In this document: positions 42,701-55,694 of the stretch, one piece after another
How the letters are laid out: each line of letters begins with the position of its first letter
Numbering within the stretch: the first letter of the stretch is position 1
Source of the DNA: Lingula anatina
Taxonomy: Eukaryota; Animalia; Brachiopoda
Assembly: GCA_051362555.1 (NCBI GenBank)
Contig: CM120647.1
Location: forward strand, 10,640,651-10,704,650
Direction: 5' to 3'
DNA: 64,000 bases
The notes under the pieces: model-generated
What the model was told of the DNA's origin: nothing
Database searches by the model: none
What the model saw: the letters and a program-made list of their open reading frames with translations, nothing else
Made by a program: the position numbers and the translations under genes

Positions 42701-45700
42701 CCACCCCCCCTCTCTCCAAATCCTGTTCTCAGGTGTGCTTTCTGGCAATCTTTAAAGCTGAAATTGGGGGCTTTCATGAAGTGACCCGGGCGCGTTTCCA
42801 CATTTTTTATGAATGTCAGGTGTGGTAAATTAATTTTCATCACTTTTTGGAAAAATTGGTGACGGGTCATTTTTGGGTGATTTTGAGAGATTTTCGTAAG
42901 GTCCGGATATGGCAGTTTTCTTCAATTTTGGCCAGGTAGGGATGAAAAATTTTTTTCTTCAATATTGTGTCAGGTAGGTGTGTTTGGTCATTTGTAGTGA
43001 GGGTAAAGTGCTGGAAGAGTGATTGTGTCATTATTTAGGAAGAAATAGAGCAAAAACTCTCTCCACCCCCCCTCTCTCCAAATCCTGTTCTCAGGTGTGC
43101 TTTCTGGCAATCTTTAAAGCTGAAATTGGGGGCTTTAATGAAGTGACCCGGGCGCGTTTCCACATTTTTTATGAATGTCAGGTGTGGTAAATTAATTTTC
43201 ATCACTTTTTGGAAAAATTGGTGACGGGTCATTTTTGGGTGATTTTGAGAGATTTTCGTAAGGTCCGGATATGGCAGTTTTCTTCAATTTTGGCCAGGTA
43301 GGGATGAAAAATATTTTTCTTCAATATTGTGTCAGTTAGGTGTGTTTGGTCATTTGTAGTGAGGGTAAAGTGCTGGAAGAGTGATTGTGTCATTATTTAG
43401 GAAGAAATAGAGCAAAAATTCTCTCCACCCCCCCTCTCTCCAAATCCTGTTCTCAGGTGTGCTTTCTGGCAATCTTTAAAGCTGAAATTGGGGGCTTTAA
43501 TGAAGTGACCCGGGCGCGTTTCCACATTTTTTATGAATGTCAGGTGTGGTAAATTAATTTTCATCACTTTTTGGAAAAATTGGTGACGGGTCATTTTTGG
43601 GTGATTTTGAGAGATTTTCGTAAGGTCCGGATATGGCAGTTTTCTTCAATTTTGGCCAGGTAGGGATGAAAAATTTTTTTCTTCAATATTGTGTCAGGTA
43701 GGTGTGTTTGGTCATTTGTAGTGAGGGTAAAGTGCTGGAAGAGTGATTGTGTCATTATTTAGGAAGAAATAGAGCAAAAACTCTCTCCACCCCCCCTCTC
43801 TCCAAATCCTGTTCTCAGGTGTGCTTTCTGGCAATCTTTAAAGCTGAAATTGGGGGCTTTAATGAAGTGACCCGGGCGCGTTTCCACATTTTTTATGAAT
43901 GTCAGGTGTGGTAAATAAATTTTCATCACTTTTTGGAAAAATTGGTGACGGGTCATTTTTGGGTGATTTTGAGAGATTTTCGTAAGGTCCGGATATGGCA
44001 GTTTTCTTCAATTTTGGCCAGGTAGGGATGAAAAATTTTTTTCTTCAATATTGTGTCAGGTAGGTGTGTTTGGTCATTTGTAGTGAGGGTAAAGTGCTGG
44101 AAGAGTGATTGTGTCATTATTTAGGAAGAAATAGAGCAAAAACTCTCTCCACCCCCCCTCTCTCCAAATCCTGTTCTCAGGTGTGCTTTCTGGCAATCTT
44201 TAAAGCTGAAATTGGGGGCTTTAATGAAGTGACCCGGGCGCGTTTCCACATTTTTTATGAATGTCAGGTGTGGTAAATTAATTTTCATCACTTTTTGGAA
44301 AAATTGGTGAAGGTTCATTTTTGGGTGATTTTGAGAGATTTTCGTAAGGATCGGATATGGCAGTTTTCTTCAATTTTGGCCAGGTAGGGATGAAAAATTT
44401 TTTTCTTCAATATTGTGTCAGGTAGGTGTGTTTGGTCATTTGTAGTGAGGGTAAAGTGCTGGAAGAGTGATTGTGTCATTATTAAGGAAGAAATAGAGCA
44501 AAAACTCTCTCCACCCCCCCTCTCTCCAAATCCTGTTCTCAGGTGTGCTTTCTGGCAATCTTTAAAGCTGAAATTGGGGGCTTTAATGAAGTGACCCGGG
44601 CGCGTTTCCACATTTTTTATGAATGTCAGGTGTGGTAAATTAATTTTCATCACTTTTTGGAAAAATTGGTGACGGGTCATTTTTGGGTGATTTTGAGAGA
44701 TTTTCGTAAGGTCCGGATATGGCAGTTTTCTTCAATTTTGGCCAGGTAGGGATGAAAAATTTTTTTCTTCAATATTGTGTCAGGTAGGTGTGTTTGGTCA
44801 TTTGTAGTGAGGGTAAAGTGCTGGAAGAGTGATTGTGTCATTATTAAGGAAGAAATAGAGCAAAAACTCTCTCCACCCCCCCTCTCTCCAAATCCTGTTC
44901 TCAGGTGTGCTTTCTGGCAATCTTTAAAGCTGAAATTGGGGGCTTTAATGAAGTGACCCGGGCGCGTTTCCACATTTTTTATGAATGTCAGGTGTGGTAA
45001 ATTAATTTTCATCACTTTTTGGAAATATTGGTGACGGGTCATTTTTGGGTGATTTTGAGAGATTTTCGTAAGGTCCGGATATGGCAGTTTTCTTCAATTT
45101 TGGCCAGGTAGGGATGAAAAAATTTTTTCTTCAATATTGTGTCAGGTAGGTGTGTTTGGTCATTTGTAGTGAGGGTAAAGTGCTGGAAGAGTGATTGTGT
45201 CATTATTTAGGAAGAAATAGAGCAAAAACTCTCTCCACCCCCCTCTCTCCAAATCCTGTTCTCAGGTGTGCTTTCTGGCAATCTTTAAAGCTGAAATTGG
45301 GGGCTTTAATGAAGTGACCCGGGCGCGTTTCCACATTTTTTATGAATGTCAGGTGTGGTAAATTAATTTTCATCACTTTTTGGAAAAATTGGTGACGGGT
45401 CATTTTTGGGTGATTTTGAGAGATTTTCGTAAGGTCCGGATATGGCAGTTTTCTTCAATTTTGGCCAGGTAGGGATGAAAAATTTTTTTCTTCAATATTG
45501 TGTCAGGTAGGTGTGTTTGGTCATTTGTAGTGAGGGTAAAGTGCTGGAAGAGTGATTGTGTCATTATTTAGGAAGAAATAGAGCAAAAATTCTCTCCACC
45601 CCCCCCTCTCTCCAAATCCTGTTCTCAGGTGTGCTTTCTGGCAATCTTTAAAGCTGAAATTGGGGGCTTTAATGAAGTGACCCGGGCGCGTTTCCACATT

Positions 45701-48700
45701 TTTTTATGAATGTCAGGTGTGGTAAATTAATTTTCATCACTTTTTGGAAAAATTGGTGACGGGTCATTTTTGTGTGATTTTGAGAGATTTTCGTAAGGTC
45801 CGGATATGGCAGTTTTCTTCAATTTTGGCCAGGTAGGGATGAAAAATTTTTTCTTCAATATTGTGTCAGGTAGGTGTGTTTGGTCATTTGTAGTGAGGGT
45901 AAAGTGCTGGAAGAGTGATTGTGTCATTATTTAGGAAGAAATAGAGCAAAAACTCTCTCCACCCCCCCTCTCTCCAAATCCTGTTCTCAGGTGTGCTTTC
46001 TGGCAATCTTTAAAGCTGAAATTGGGGGCTTTAATGAAGTGACCCGGGCGCGTTTCCACATTTTTTATGAATGTCAGGTGTGGTAAATTAATTTTCATCA
46101 CTTTTTGGAAAAATTGGTGATGGGTCATTTTTGGGTGATTTTGAGAGATTTTCGTAAGGTCCGGATATGGCACTTTTCTTCAATTTTGGCCAGGTAGGGA
46201 TGAAAAATTTTTTTCTTCAATATTGTGTCAGGTAGGTGTGTTTGGTCATTTGTAGTGAGGGTAAAGTGCTGGAAGAGTGATTGTGTCATTATTTAGGAAG
46301 AAATAGAGCAAAAACTCTCTCCACCCCCCCTCTCTCCAAATCCTGTTCTCAGGTGTGCTTTCTGGCAATCTTTAAAGCTGAAATTGGGGGCTTTAATGAA
46401 GTGACCCGGGCGCGTTTCCACATTTTTTATGAATGTCAGGTGTGGTAAATTAATTTTCATCACTTTTTGGAAAAATTGGTGACGGGTCATTTTTGGGTGA
46501 TTTTGAGAGATTTTCGTAAGGTCCGGATATGGCAGTTTTCTTCAATTTTGGCCAGGTAGGGATGAAAAATTTTTTTCTTCAATATTGTGTCAGGTAGGTG
46601 TGTTTGGTCATTTGTAGTGAGGGTAAAGTGCTGGAAGAGTGATTGTGTCATTATTTAGGAAGAAATAGAGCAAAAACTCTCTCCACCCCCCCTCTCTCCA
46701 AATCCTGTTCTCAGGTGTGCTTTCTGGCAATCTTTAAAGCTGAAATTGGGGGCTTTAATGAAGTGACCCCGGCGCGTTTCCACATTTTTTATGAATGTCA
46801 GGTGTGGTAAATTAATTTTCATCACTTTTTGGAAAAATTGGTGACGGGTCATTTTTGGGTGATTTTGAGAGATTTTCGTAAGGTCCGGATATGGCAGTTT
46901 TCTTCAATTTTGGCCAGGTAGGGATGAAAAATTTTTTTCTTCAATATTGTGTCAGGTAGGTGTGTTTGGTCATTTGTAGTGAGGGTAAAGTGCTGGAAGA
47001 GTGATTGTGTCATTATTAAGGAAGAAATAGAGCAAAAACTCTCTCCACCCCCCTCTCTCCAAATCCTGTTCTCAGGTGTGCTTTCTGGCAATCTTTAAAG
47101 CTGAAATTGGGGGCTTTAATGAAGTGACCCGGGTGCGTTTCCACATTTTTTATGAATGTCAGGTGTGGTAAATTAATTTTCATCACTTTTTGGAAATATT
47201 GGTGACGGGTCATTTTTGGGTGATTTTGAGAGATTTTCGTAAGGTCCGGATATGGCATTTTTGTTCAATTTTGGCCAGGTAGGGATGAAAAATTTTTTCT
47301 TCAATATTGTGTCAGGTAGGTGTGTTTGGTCATTTGTAGTGAGGGTAAAGTGCTGGAAGAGTGATTGTGTCATTATTTAGGAAGAAATAGATCAAAAACT
47401 CTCTCCACCCCCCCTCTCTCCAAATCCTGTTCTCAGGTGTGCTTTCTGGCAATCTTTAAAGCTGACATTGGGGGCTTTAATGAAGTGACCCGGGCGCGTT
47501 TCCACATTTTTTATGAATGTCAGGTGTGGTAAATTAATTTTCATCACTTTTTGGAAAAATTGGTGACGGGTCATTTTTGGGTGATTTTGAGAGATTTTCG
47601 TAAGGTCCGGATATGGCAGTTTTCTTCAATTTTGGCCAGGTAGGGATGAAAAATATTTTTTTCTTCAATATTGTGTCAGGTAGGTGTGTTTGGTCATTTG
47701 TAGTGAGGGTAAAGTGCTGGAAGAGTGATTGTGTCATTATTTAGGAAGAAATAGAGCAAAAACTCTCTCCACCCCCCCTCTCTCCAAATCCTGTTCTCAG
47801 GTGTGCTTTCTGGCAATCTTTAAAGCTGAAATTGGGGGCTTTAATGAAGTGACCCGGGCGCGTTTCCACATTTTTTATGAATGTCAGGTGTGGTAAATTA
47901 ATTTTCATCACTTTTTGGAAAAATTGGTGACGGGTCATTTTTGGGTGATTTTGAGAGATTTTCGTAAGGTCCGGATATGGCAGTTTTCTTCAATTTTGGC
48001 CAGGTAGGGATGAAAAATTTTTTTCTTCAATATTGTGTCAGATAGCTGTGTTTGGTCATTTGTAGTGAGGGTAAAGTGCTGGAAGAGTGATTGTGTCATT
48101 ATTTAGGAAGAAATAGAGCAAAAACTCTCTCCACCCCCCCTCTCTCCAAATCCTGTTCTCAGGTGTGCTTTCTGGCAATCTTTAAAGCTGAAATTGGGGG
48201 CTTTAATGAAGTGACCCGGGCGCGTTTCCACATTTTTTTATGAATGTCAGGTGTGGTAAATTAATTTTCATCACTTTTTGGAAAAATTGGTGACGGGTCA
48301 TTTTTTGGTGATTTTGAGAGATTTTCGTAAGGTCCGAATATGGCAGTTTTCTTCAATTTTGGCCAGGTAGGGATGAAAAATTTTTTTCTTCAATATTGTG
48401 TCAGGTAGGTGTGTTTGGTCATTTGTAGTGAGGGTAAAGTGCTGGAAGAGTGATTGTGTCATTATTTAGGAAGAAATAGAGCAAAAACTCTCTCCACCCC
48501 CCCTCTCTCCAAATCCTGTTCTCAGGTGTGCTTTTTGGCAATCTTTAAAGCTGAAATTGGGGGCTTTAATGAAGTGACCCGGGCGCGTTTCCACTTTTTT
48601 ATGAATGTCAGGTGTGGTAAATTAATTTTCATCACTTTTTGGAAAAATTGGTGACGGGTCATTTTTGGGTGATTTTGAGTGATTTTCGTAAGGTCCGGAT

Positions 48701-51654
48701 ATGGCAGTTTTCTTCAATTTTGGCCAGGTAGGGATGAAAAATTTTTTTCTTCAATATTGTGTCAGGTAGGTGTGTTTGGTCATTTGTAGTGAGGGTAAAG
48801 TGCTGGAAGAGTGATTGTGTCATTATTTAGGAAGAAATAGAGCAAAAACTCTCTCCACCCCCCCTCTCTCCAAATCCTGTTCTCAGGTGTGCTTTCTGGC
48901 AATCTTTAAAGCTGAAATTGGGGGCTTTAATGAAGTGACCCGGGCGCGTTTCCACATTTTTTATGAATGTCAGGTGTGGTAAATTAATTTTCATCACTTT
49001 TTGGAAAAATTGGTGACGGGTCATTTTTGGGTGATTTTGAGAGATTTTCGTAAGGTCCGGATATGGCAGTTTTCTTCAATTTTGGCCAGGTAGGGATGAA
49101 AAATTTTTTTCTTCAATATTTTGTCAGGTAGGTGTGTTCAGTCATTTGTAGTGAGGGAAAAGTACTGGAAGAGTGTTTCTGTCATTATTAAGGAAGAAAT
49201 AGAGCAAAAACTCTCTCCACCCCCCCCTCTCTCCAAATCCTGTTCTCAGGTGTGCTTTCTGGCAATCTTTAAAGCTGAAATTGGGGGCTTTAATGAAGTG
49301 ACCCGGGCGCGTTTCCACATTTTTTTATGAATGTCAGGTGTGGTAAATTAATTTTCATCACTTTTTGGAAAAATTGGTGACGGGTCATTTTTGTGTGATT
49401 TTGAGAGATTTTCGTAAGGTCCGGATATGGCAGTTTTCTTCAATTTTGGCCAGGTAGGGATGAAAAATTTTTTTCTTCAATATTGTGTCAGGTAGGTGTG
49501 TTTGGTCATTTGTAGTGAGGGTAAAGTGCTGGAAGAGTGATTATGTCATTATTTAGGAAGAAATAGAGCAAAAACTCTCTCCACCCCCCCTCTCTCCAAA
49601 TCCTGTTCTCAGGTGTGCTTTCTGGCAATCTTTAAAGCTGAAATTGGGGGCTTTAATGAAGTGACCCGGGTGCGTTTCCACATTTTTTATGAATGTCAGG
49701 TGTGGTAAATTAATTTTCATCACTTTTTGGAAAAATTGGTGACGGGTCATTTTTGGGTGATTTTGAGAGATTTTCGTAAGGTCCGGATATGGCAGTTTTC
49801 TTCAATTTTGGCCAGGTAGGGATGAAAAATTTTTTTCTTCAATATTGTGTCAGGTAGGTGTGTTTGGTCATTTGTAGTGAGGGTAAAGTGCTGGAAGAGT
49901 GATTGTGTCATTATTTAGGAAGAAATAGAGCAAAAACTCTCTCCACCCCCCCTCTCTCCAAATCCTGTTCTCAGGTGTGCTTTCTGGCAATCTTTAAAGC
50001 TGAAATTGGGGGCTTTAATGAAGTGACCCGGGCGCGTTTCCACATTTTTTATGAATGTCAGGTGTGGTAAATTAATTTTCATCACTTTTTGGAAAAATTG
50101 GTGACGGGTCATTTTTGGGTGATTTTGAGAGATTTTCGTAAGGTCCGGATATGGCAGTTTTCTTCAATTTTGGCCAGGTAGGGATGAAAAATTTTTTTCT
50201 TCAATATTGTGTCAGATAGCTGTGTTTGGTCATTTGTAGTGAGGGTAAAGTGCTGGAAGAGTGATTGTGTCATTATTTAGGAAGAAATAGAGCAAAAACT
50301 CTCTCCACCCCCCCTCTCTCCAAATCCTGTTCTCAGGTGTGCTTTCTGGCAATCTTTAAAGCTGAAATTGGGGGCTTTAATGAAGTGACCCGGGCGCGTT
50401 TCCACATTTTTTTATGAATGTCAGGTGTGGTAAATTAATTTTCATCACTTTTTGGAAAAATTGGTGACGGGTCATTTTTGGGTGATTTTGAGAGATTTTC
50501 GTAAGGTCCGGATATGGCAGTTTTCTTCAATTTTGGCCAGGTAGGGATGAAAAATTTTTTTCTTCAATATTGTGTCAGGTAGGTGTGTTTGGTCATTTGT
50601 AGTGAGGGTAAAGTGCTGGAAGAGTGATTGTGTCATTATTTAGGAAGAAATAGAGCAAAAACTCTCTCCACCCCCCCTCTCTCCAAATCCTGTTCTCAGG
50701 TGTGCTTTTTGGCAATCTTTAAAGCTGAAATTGGGGGCTTTAATGAAGTGACCCGGGCGCGTTTCCACTTTTTTATGAATGTCAGGTGTGGTAAATTAAT
50801 TTTCATCACTTTTTGGAAAAATTGGTGACGGGTCATTTTTGGGTGATTTTGAGTGATTTTCGTAAGGTCCGGATATGGCAGTTTTCTTCAATTTTGGCCA
50901 GGTAGGGATGAAAAATTTTTTTCTTCAATATTGTGTCAGGTAGGTGTGTTTGGTCATTTGTAGTGAGGGTAAAGTGCTGGAAGAGTGATTGTGTCATTAT
51001 TTAGGAAGAAATAGAGCAAAAACTCTCTCCACCCCCCCTCTCTCCAAATCCTGTTCTCAGGTGTGCTTTTTGGCAATCTTTAAAGCTGAAATTGGGGGCT
51101 TTAATGAAGTGACCCGGGCGCGTTTCCACTTTTTTATGAATGTCAGGTGTGGTAAATTAATTTTCATCACTTTTTGGAAAAATTGGTGACGGGTCATTTT
51201 TGGGTGATTTTGAGTGATTTTCGTAAGGTCCGGATATGGCAGTTTTCTTCAATTTTGGCCAGGTAGGGATGAAAAATTTTTTTCTTCAATATTGTGTCAG
51301 GTAGGTGTGTTTGGTCATTTGTAGTGAGGGTAAAGTGCTGGAAGAGTGATTGTGTCATTATTTAGGAAGAAATAGAGCAAAAACTCTCTCCACCCCCCCT
51401 CTCTCCAAATCCTGTTCTCAGGTGTGCTTTCTGGCAATCTTTAAAGCTGAAATTGGGGGCTTTAATGAAGTGACCCGGGCGCGTTTCCACATTTTTTATG
51501 AATGTCAGGTGTGGTAAATTAATTTTCATCACTTTTTGGAAAAATTGGTGACGGGTCATTTTTGGGTGATTTTGAGAGATTTTCGTAAGGTCCGGATATG
51601 GCAGTTTTCTTCAATTTTGGCCAGGTAGGGATGAAAAATTTTTTTCTTCAATAT

Positions 51655-54379
51655 TTTGTCAGGTAGGTGTGTTCAGTCATTTGTAGTGAGGGAAAAGTAC
51701 TGGAAGAGTGTTTCTGTCATTATTAAGGAAGAAATAGAGCAAAAACTCTCTCCACCCCCCCCTCTCAAAAATCCTGTTCTCAGGTGTGCTTTCTGGCAAT
51801 CTTTAAAGCTGAAATTGGGGGCTTTAATGAAGTGATCCGGGCGTGTTTCCACATTTTTTATGAATGACAGGTGTGGTAAATTGATTTTCATCACTTTTTG
51901 GAAAAATTGGTGACGGGTCATTTTTGGGTGATTTTGAGAGATTTTCGTAAGGTCCGGATATGGCAGTTTTCTTCAATTTTGGCCAGGTAGGGATGAAAAA
52001 TTTTTTTCTTCAATATTGTGTCAGGCAGGTGTGTTTGGTCATTTGTAGTGAGGGAAAAGTACTGGAAGAGTGGTTGTGTCATTATTAAGGAAGAAATAGA
52101 GCAAAAACTCTCTCCACCCCCCCCCCCTCAAAAATCCTGTTCTCAGGTGTGCTTTCTGGCAATCTTTAAAGCTGAAATTGGGGGCTTTAATAAAGTGATC
52201 CGGGCGTGTTTCCACATTTTTTATGAATGACAGGTGTGGTAAATTGATTTTCATGACTTTTTGGAGAAATTGGTGACGGGTCATTTTTGGGTGATTTTGA
52301 GTGATTTTCGTAAGGTCCGGATATGGCAGTTTTCTTCAATTTTGGCCAGGTAGGGATGAAAAATTTTTTTCTTCAATATTGTGTCAGGTAGGTGTGTTTG
52401 GTCATTTGTAGTGAGGGAAAAGTACTGGAAGAGTGGTTGTGTCATTATTAAAGAAGAAATAGAGGAAAAACTCTCTCCACCCCCCCCTTCTCAAAAATCC
52501 TGTTCTCAGGTGTGCTTTCTGGCAATCTTTAAAGCTGAAATTGGAGGCTTTAATGAAGTGATCCGGGCGCGTTTCCACATTTTTTATGAATGACAGGTGT
52601 GGTAAATTGATTTTCATGACTTTTTGGAAAAATTGGTGACGGGTCATTTTTGGGTGATTTTGAGTGATTTTCGAAAGGTTCGGATATGACAGTTTTGTTC
52701 AATTTTGGCCAGGTAGGGATGAAAAATTTTTTCTTCAATATTGTGTCATGCAGGTGTGTTTGGTCATTTGTAGTGAGGGAAAAGTACTGGAAGAGTGGTT
52801 GTGTCATTATTAAGGAAGAAATAGAGCAAAAACTCTCTCCACCCCCCCCCCTCTCAAAAATCCTGTTCTCAGGTGTGCTTTCTGGCAATCTTTAAAGCTG
52901 AAATTGGGGGCTTTAATAAAGTGATCCGGGCGTGTTTCCACATTTTTTATGAATGACAGGTGTGGTAAATTGATTTTCATGACTTTTTGGAGAAATTGGT
53001 GACGGGTCATTTTTGGGTGATTTTGAGTGATTTTCGTAAGGTCCGGATATGGCAGTTTTCTTCAATTTTGGCCAGGTAGGGATGAAAAATTTTTTTCTTC
53101 AATATTGTGTCAGGTAGGTGTGTTTGGTCATTTGTAGTGAGGGAAAAGTACTGGAAGAGTGGTTGTGTCATTATTAAAGAAGAAATAGAGGAAAAACTCT
53201 CTCCACCCCCCCTCCTCAAAAATCCTGTTCTCAGGTGTGCTTTCTGGCAATCTTTAAAGCTGAAATTGGAGGCTTTAATGAAGTGATCCGGGCGCGTTTC
53301 CACATTTTTTATGAATGACAGGTGTGGTAAATTGATTTTCATGACTTTTTGGAAAAATTGGTGACGGGTCATTTTTGGGTGATTTTGAGAGATTTTCGTA
53401 AGGTTCGGATATGACAGTTTTGTTCAATTTTGGCCAGGTAGGGATGAAAATTTTTTTTCTTCAATATTGTGTCAGGTAGGTGTGTTTGGTCATTTGTATT
53501 GAGGGAAAAGTACTGGAAGAGTGGTTGTGTCCTTATTAAGGAAGAAATAGAGCAAAACTCTCTCCACCCCCCCCCTCTCAAAAATCCTGTTCTCAGGTGT
53601 GCTTTCTGGCAATCTTTAAAGCTGAAATTGGGGGCTTTAATGAAGTGATCCGGGCGCGTTTCCACATTTTTTTTATGAATGACAGGTGTGGTAAATTGAT
53701 TTTCATGACTTTTTGGAAAAATTGGTGACGGGTCATTTTTGGGTGATTTTGAGTGATTTTCGTAAGGTCCGGATATGGCAGTTTTCTTCAATTTTGGCCA
53801 GGTAGGGATGAAAAATTTTTTTCTTCAATATTGTGTCAGGTAGGTGTGTTTGGTCATTTGTAGTGAGGGAAAAGTACTGGAAGAGATTTTGTGTCATTAT
53901 TAAGGAAGAAATAGAGCAAAAACTCTCTCCCCCCCCTCTCTCCAAATCCTGTTCTCAGGTGTGCTTTCTGTCAATCTTTAAAGCTGAAATTGGGGGCTTT
54001 AATTAAGTGATCCGGGCGCGTTTCCACATATTTTATGAATGACAGGTGTGGTAAACTGATTTTCATTACTTTTTGGAAAAATTGGTGCGGGTCATTTTTG
54101 GGTGATTTTGAGTGATTTTCGTAAGGTCCGGATATGGCAGTTTTCTTCAATTTTGGCCAGGTAGGGATGAAAAATTTTTTTCTTCAATATTGTGTCAGGT
54201 AGGTGTGTTTGGTCATTTGTAGTGAGGGTAAAGTGCTGGAAGAGTGATTGTGTCATTATTTAGGAAGAAATAGAGCAAAAACTCTCTCCACCCCCCTCTC
54301 AAAAATCCTGTTCTCAGGTGTGCTGTCTGGCAATCTTTAAAGCTGAAATTATGGGCTTTAATAAAGTGATCTGGGCGCG
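51655..54379. repeat. Diverged edge subfamily of the 362-bp satellite (~7.5 monomers)
   Basis: Shared diagnostic changes: gggAaaagtActgg, attAagg, ctcAaaaatcc, gtgaTccggg, gaatgAcagg, aaattGatttt. Confidence 0.9.
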
Positions 54380-54449
54380 CCCACCCCCCGTACGTGCGAG
54401 TTTACTCTTATAGTAATCAATCGCAATTTTAAAAAAAATTAATTCTGGC

Positions 54450-54546
54450 AAAAATATTGTCACAGTAGCTGCTGGGACTCGAATCGGCGTTCCAGCGGCT
54501 GCCTGCATGCAAGCCAGGAGAGTTACCACGCAGCCACGACAGCTCC
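54450..54546 (-). ncRNA. Putative Pol III small RNA 'A', copy 1 (box B mutated to GATTCGAGTCCC)
   Basis: Box A TGGCTGCGTGG, degenerate box B, TTTTT terminator. Confidence 0.35.
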
Positions 54547-55576
54547 GTTGTGGCGGAGTAATCGGATGGAAACTTTTTACCTCGTCACCGAAGGCGCCAG
54601 ATTGGGTGCACATGTGTAGCCCTGCTGTCGCAATCGATAATCCGGGTGCCGCATTTCGGCCCACGCAACCCCAGTCCCCGACATGAACGGTAAAATTCAT
54701 GATGTACACGAAGCCGTGTTTGACAACCCGACTCGGAGCTCGGAGTTTGTTTTATACTAAGATTGATTTTGGCTTTACCCATGATATTAAAGAGTACAGT
54801 GGGATCAGAGGCGGTGCACAACCGACGGGTTTTACTTTTAGCGAGACCATATAGGAGGAGAGAATATATATTAAAAAAAATACATTCAAGTGTTTAATTA
54901 CTGGCGCGATTGAAGCCTTGGGAAATTTCGCGTAAAACATATTTGGCAAAGAATTCCGCCGAGGAGATATCGTTTTTCTATCGAACACGGTTAACAGGTG
55001 GTATGACGTGCTTTTATACCGGAAAAGTAACAGAATCGAAACAAGTTGGATCGTATTCATTGATAGGCCTGCTCTGTACATTCCTAGTAATAAAGATGAC
55101 TTCGGATGCTGTTATTTTCATCTGGTTTTGCATTGAGATAACGTTTGGTTTCACCTTTGACGTTGTAGAGCACGATGACGTCCACAGCCGTTCACACCTC
55201 GGCGGTTTTAGTATTGAGTAGTCTTTACTCTTTCCAGTGTCGACTGCGGACATGCCCCGGGTAGTGTATGAACATATGAACAGTCTTGAGAACCAAGGGC
55301 CCAAGACAGGAAAGAAGGGGCTTAAAAAGACGAAACGGGTGCCTGATAAAAGGAGTGGAGGTGACGCGACTTTTGTATAAAATCAAAAGTTTTCTCTCTG
55401 CTAATCCCAGCAAAAAGATGGCACATTTTGATGGAATGCAAGCCATACGGAGTTAGCTATAGCTCAATTTAAGTTCAAGATCTGTGGCACCAATATAATG
55501 ACTTTTAACTGAAGAGAAAAGAAATATAATTGTCGACGCAGATGTAAACTTTCTAAAGTATACCGTATTATTATGC

Positions 55577-55580
55577 AAAA
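55577..55580 (-). terminator. Candidate Pol III terminator of cassette B (CCTTTTGC)
   Basis: First T4 downstream of box B, flanked by G/C. Confidence 0.4.
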
Positions 55581-55682
55581 GGTAATTTGCTAAGTCCCAC
55601 GGGCGCCCTCATTCGTTCTCGTCTGGTGGCATCCCGATTCAGGGGCCAGGTCGTTGTCGTGATGGACTGACCTGCCTCATCC

Positions 55683-55694
55683 GGGACTCGAACC
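55683..55694 (-). promoter_or_regulatory. Pol III box B of cassette B (representative copy)
   Basis: GGTTCGAGTCCC, identical to cassette A's box B. Confidence 0.7.

Larger units (their letters stand above)
3716..54379. repeat. 362-bp satellite DNA, main segment (~140 head-to-tail monomers)
   Basis: Continuous 361-368 bp periodicity in one orientation. Differences are SNPs and homopolymer-length changes. Confidence 0.99.

Noticed and set aside
46-53945. Repeated 65-aa ORF (MTRHQFFQK...) and its frameshift variants as a multicopy gene
   Set aside because: By-product of the satellite periodicity: non-ATG start, no recognisable domain, and freely frameshifted among monomers.
1-54379. CRISPR array
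   Set aside because: No unique spacers; whole monomers repeat and there are no cas genes.
55325-55350. Hammerhead core (GAAAC...CTGATAA)
   Set aside because: CTGANGA is not matched and the gap is too short for the required stems.
55590-55690. HDV-like ribozyme (GGCCCCTG...ACGAATGAGGGC on the minus strand)
   Set aside because: Could not build P3/L3/P1.1 or a G-U-initiated P1.
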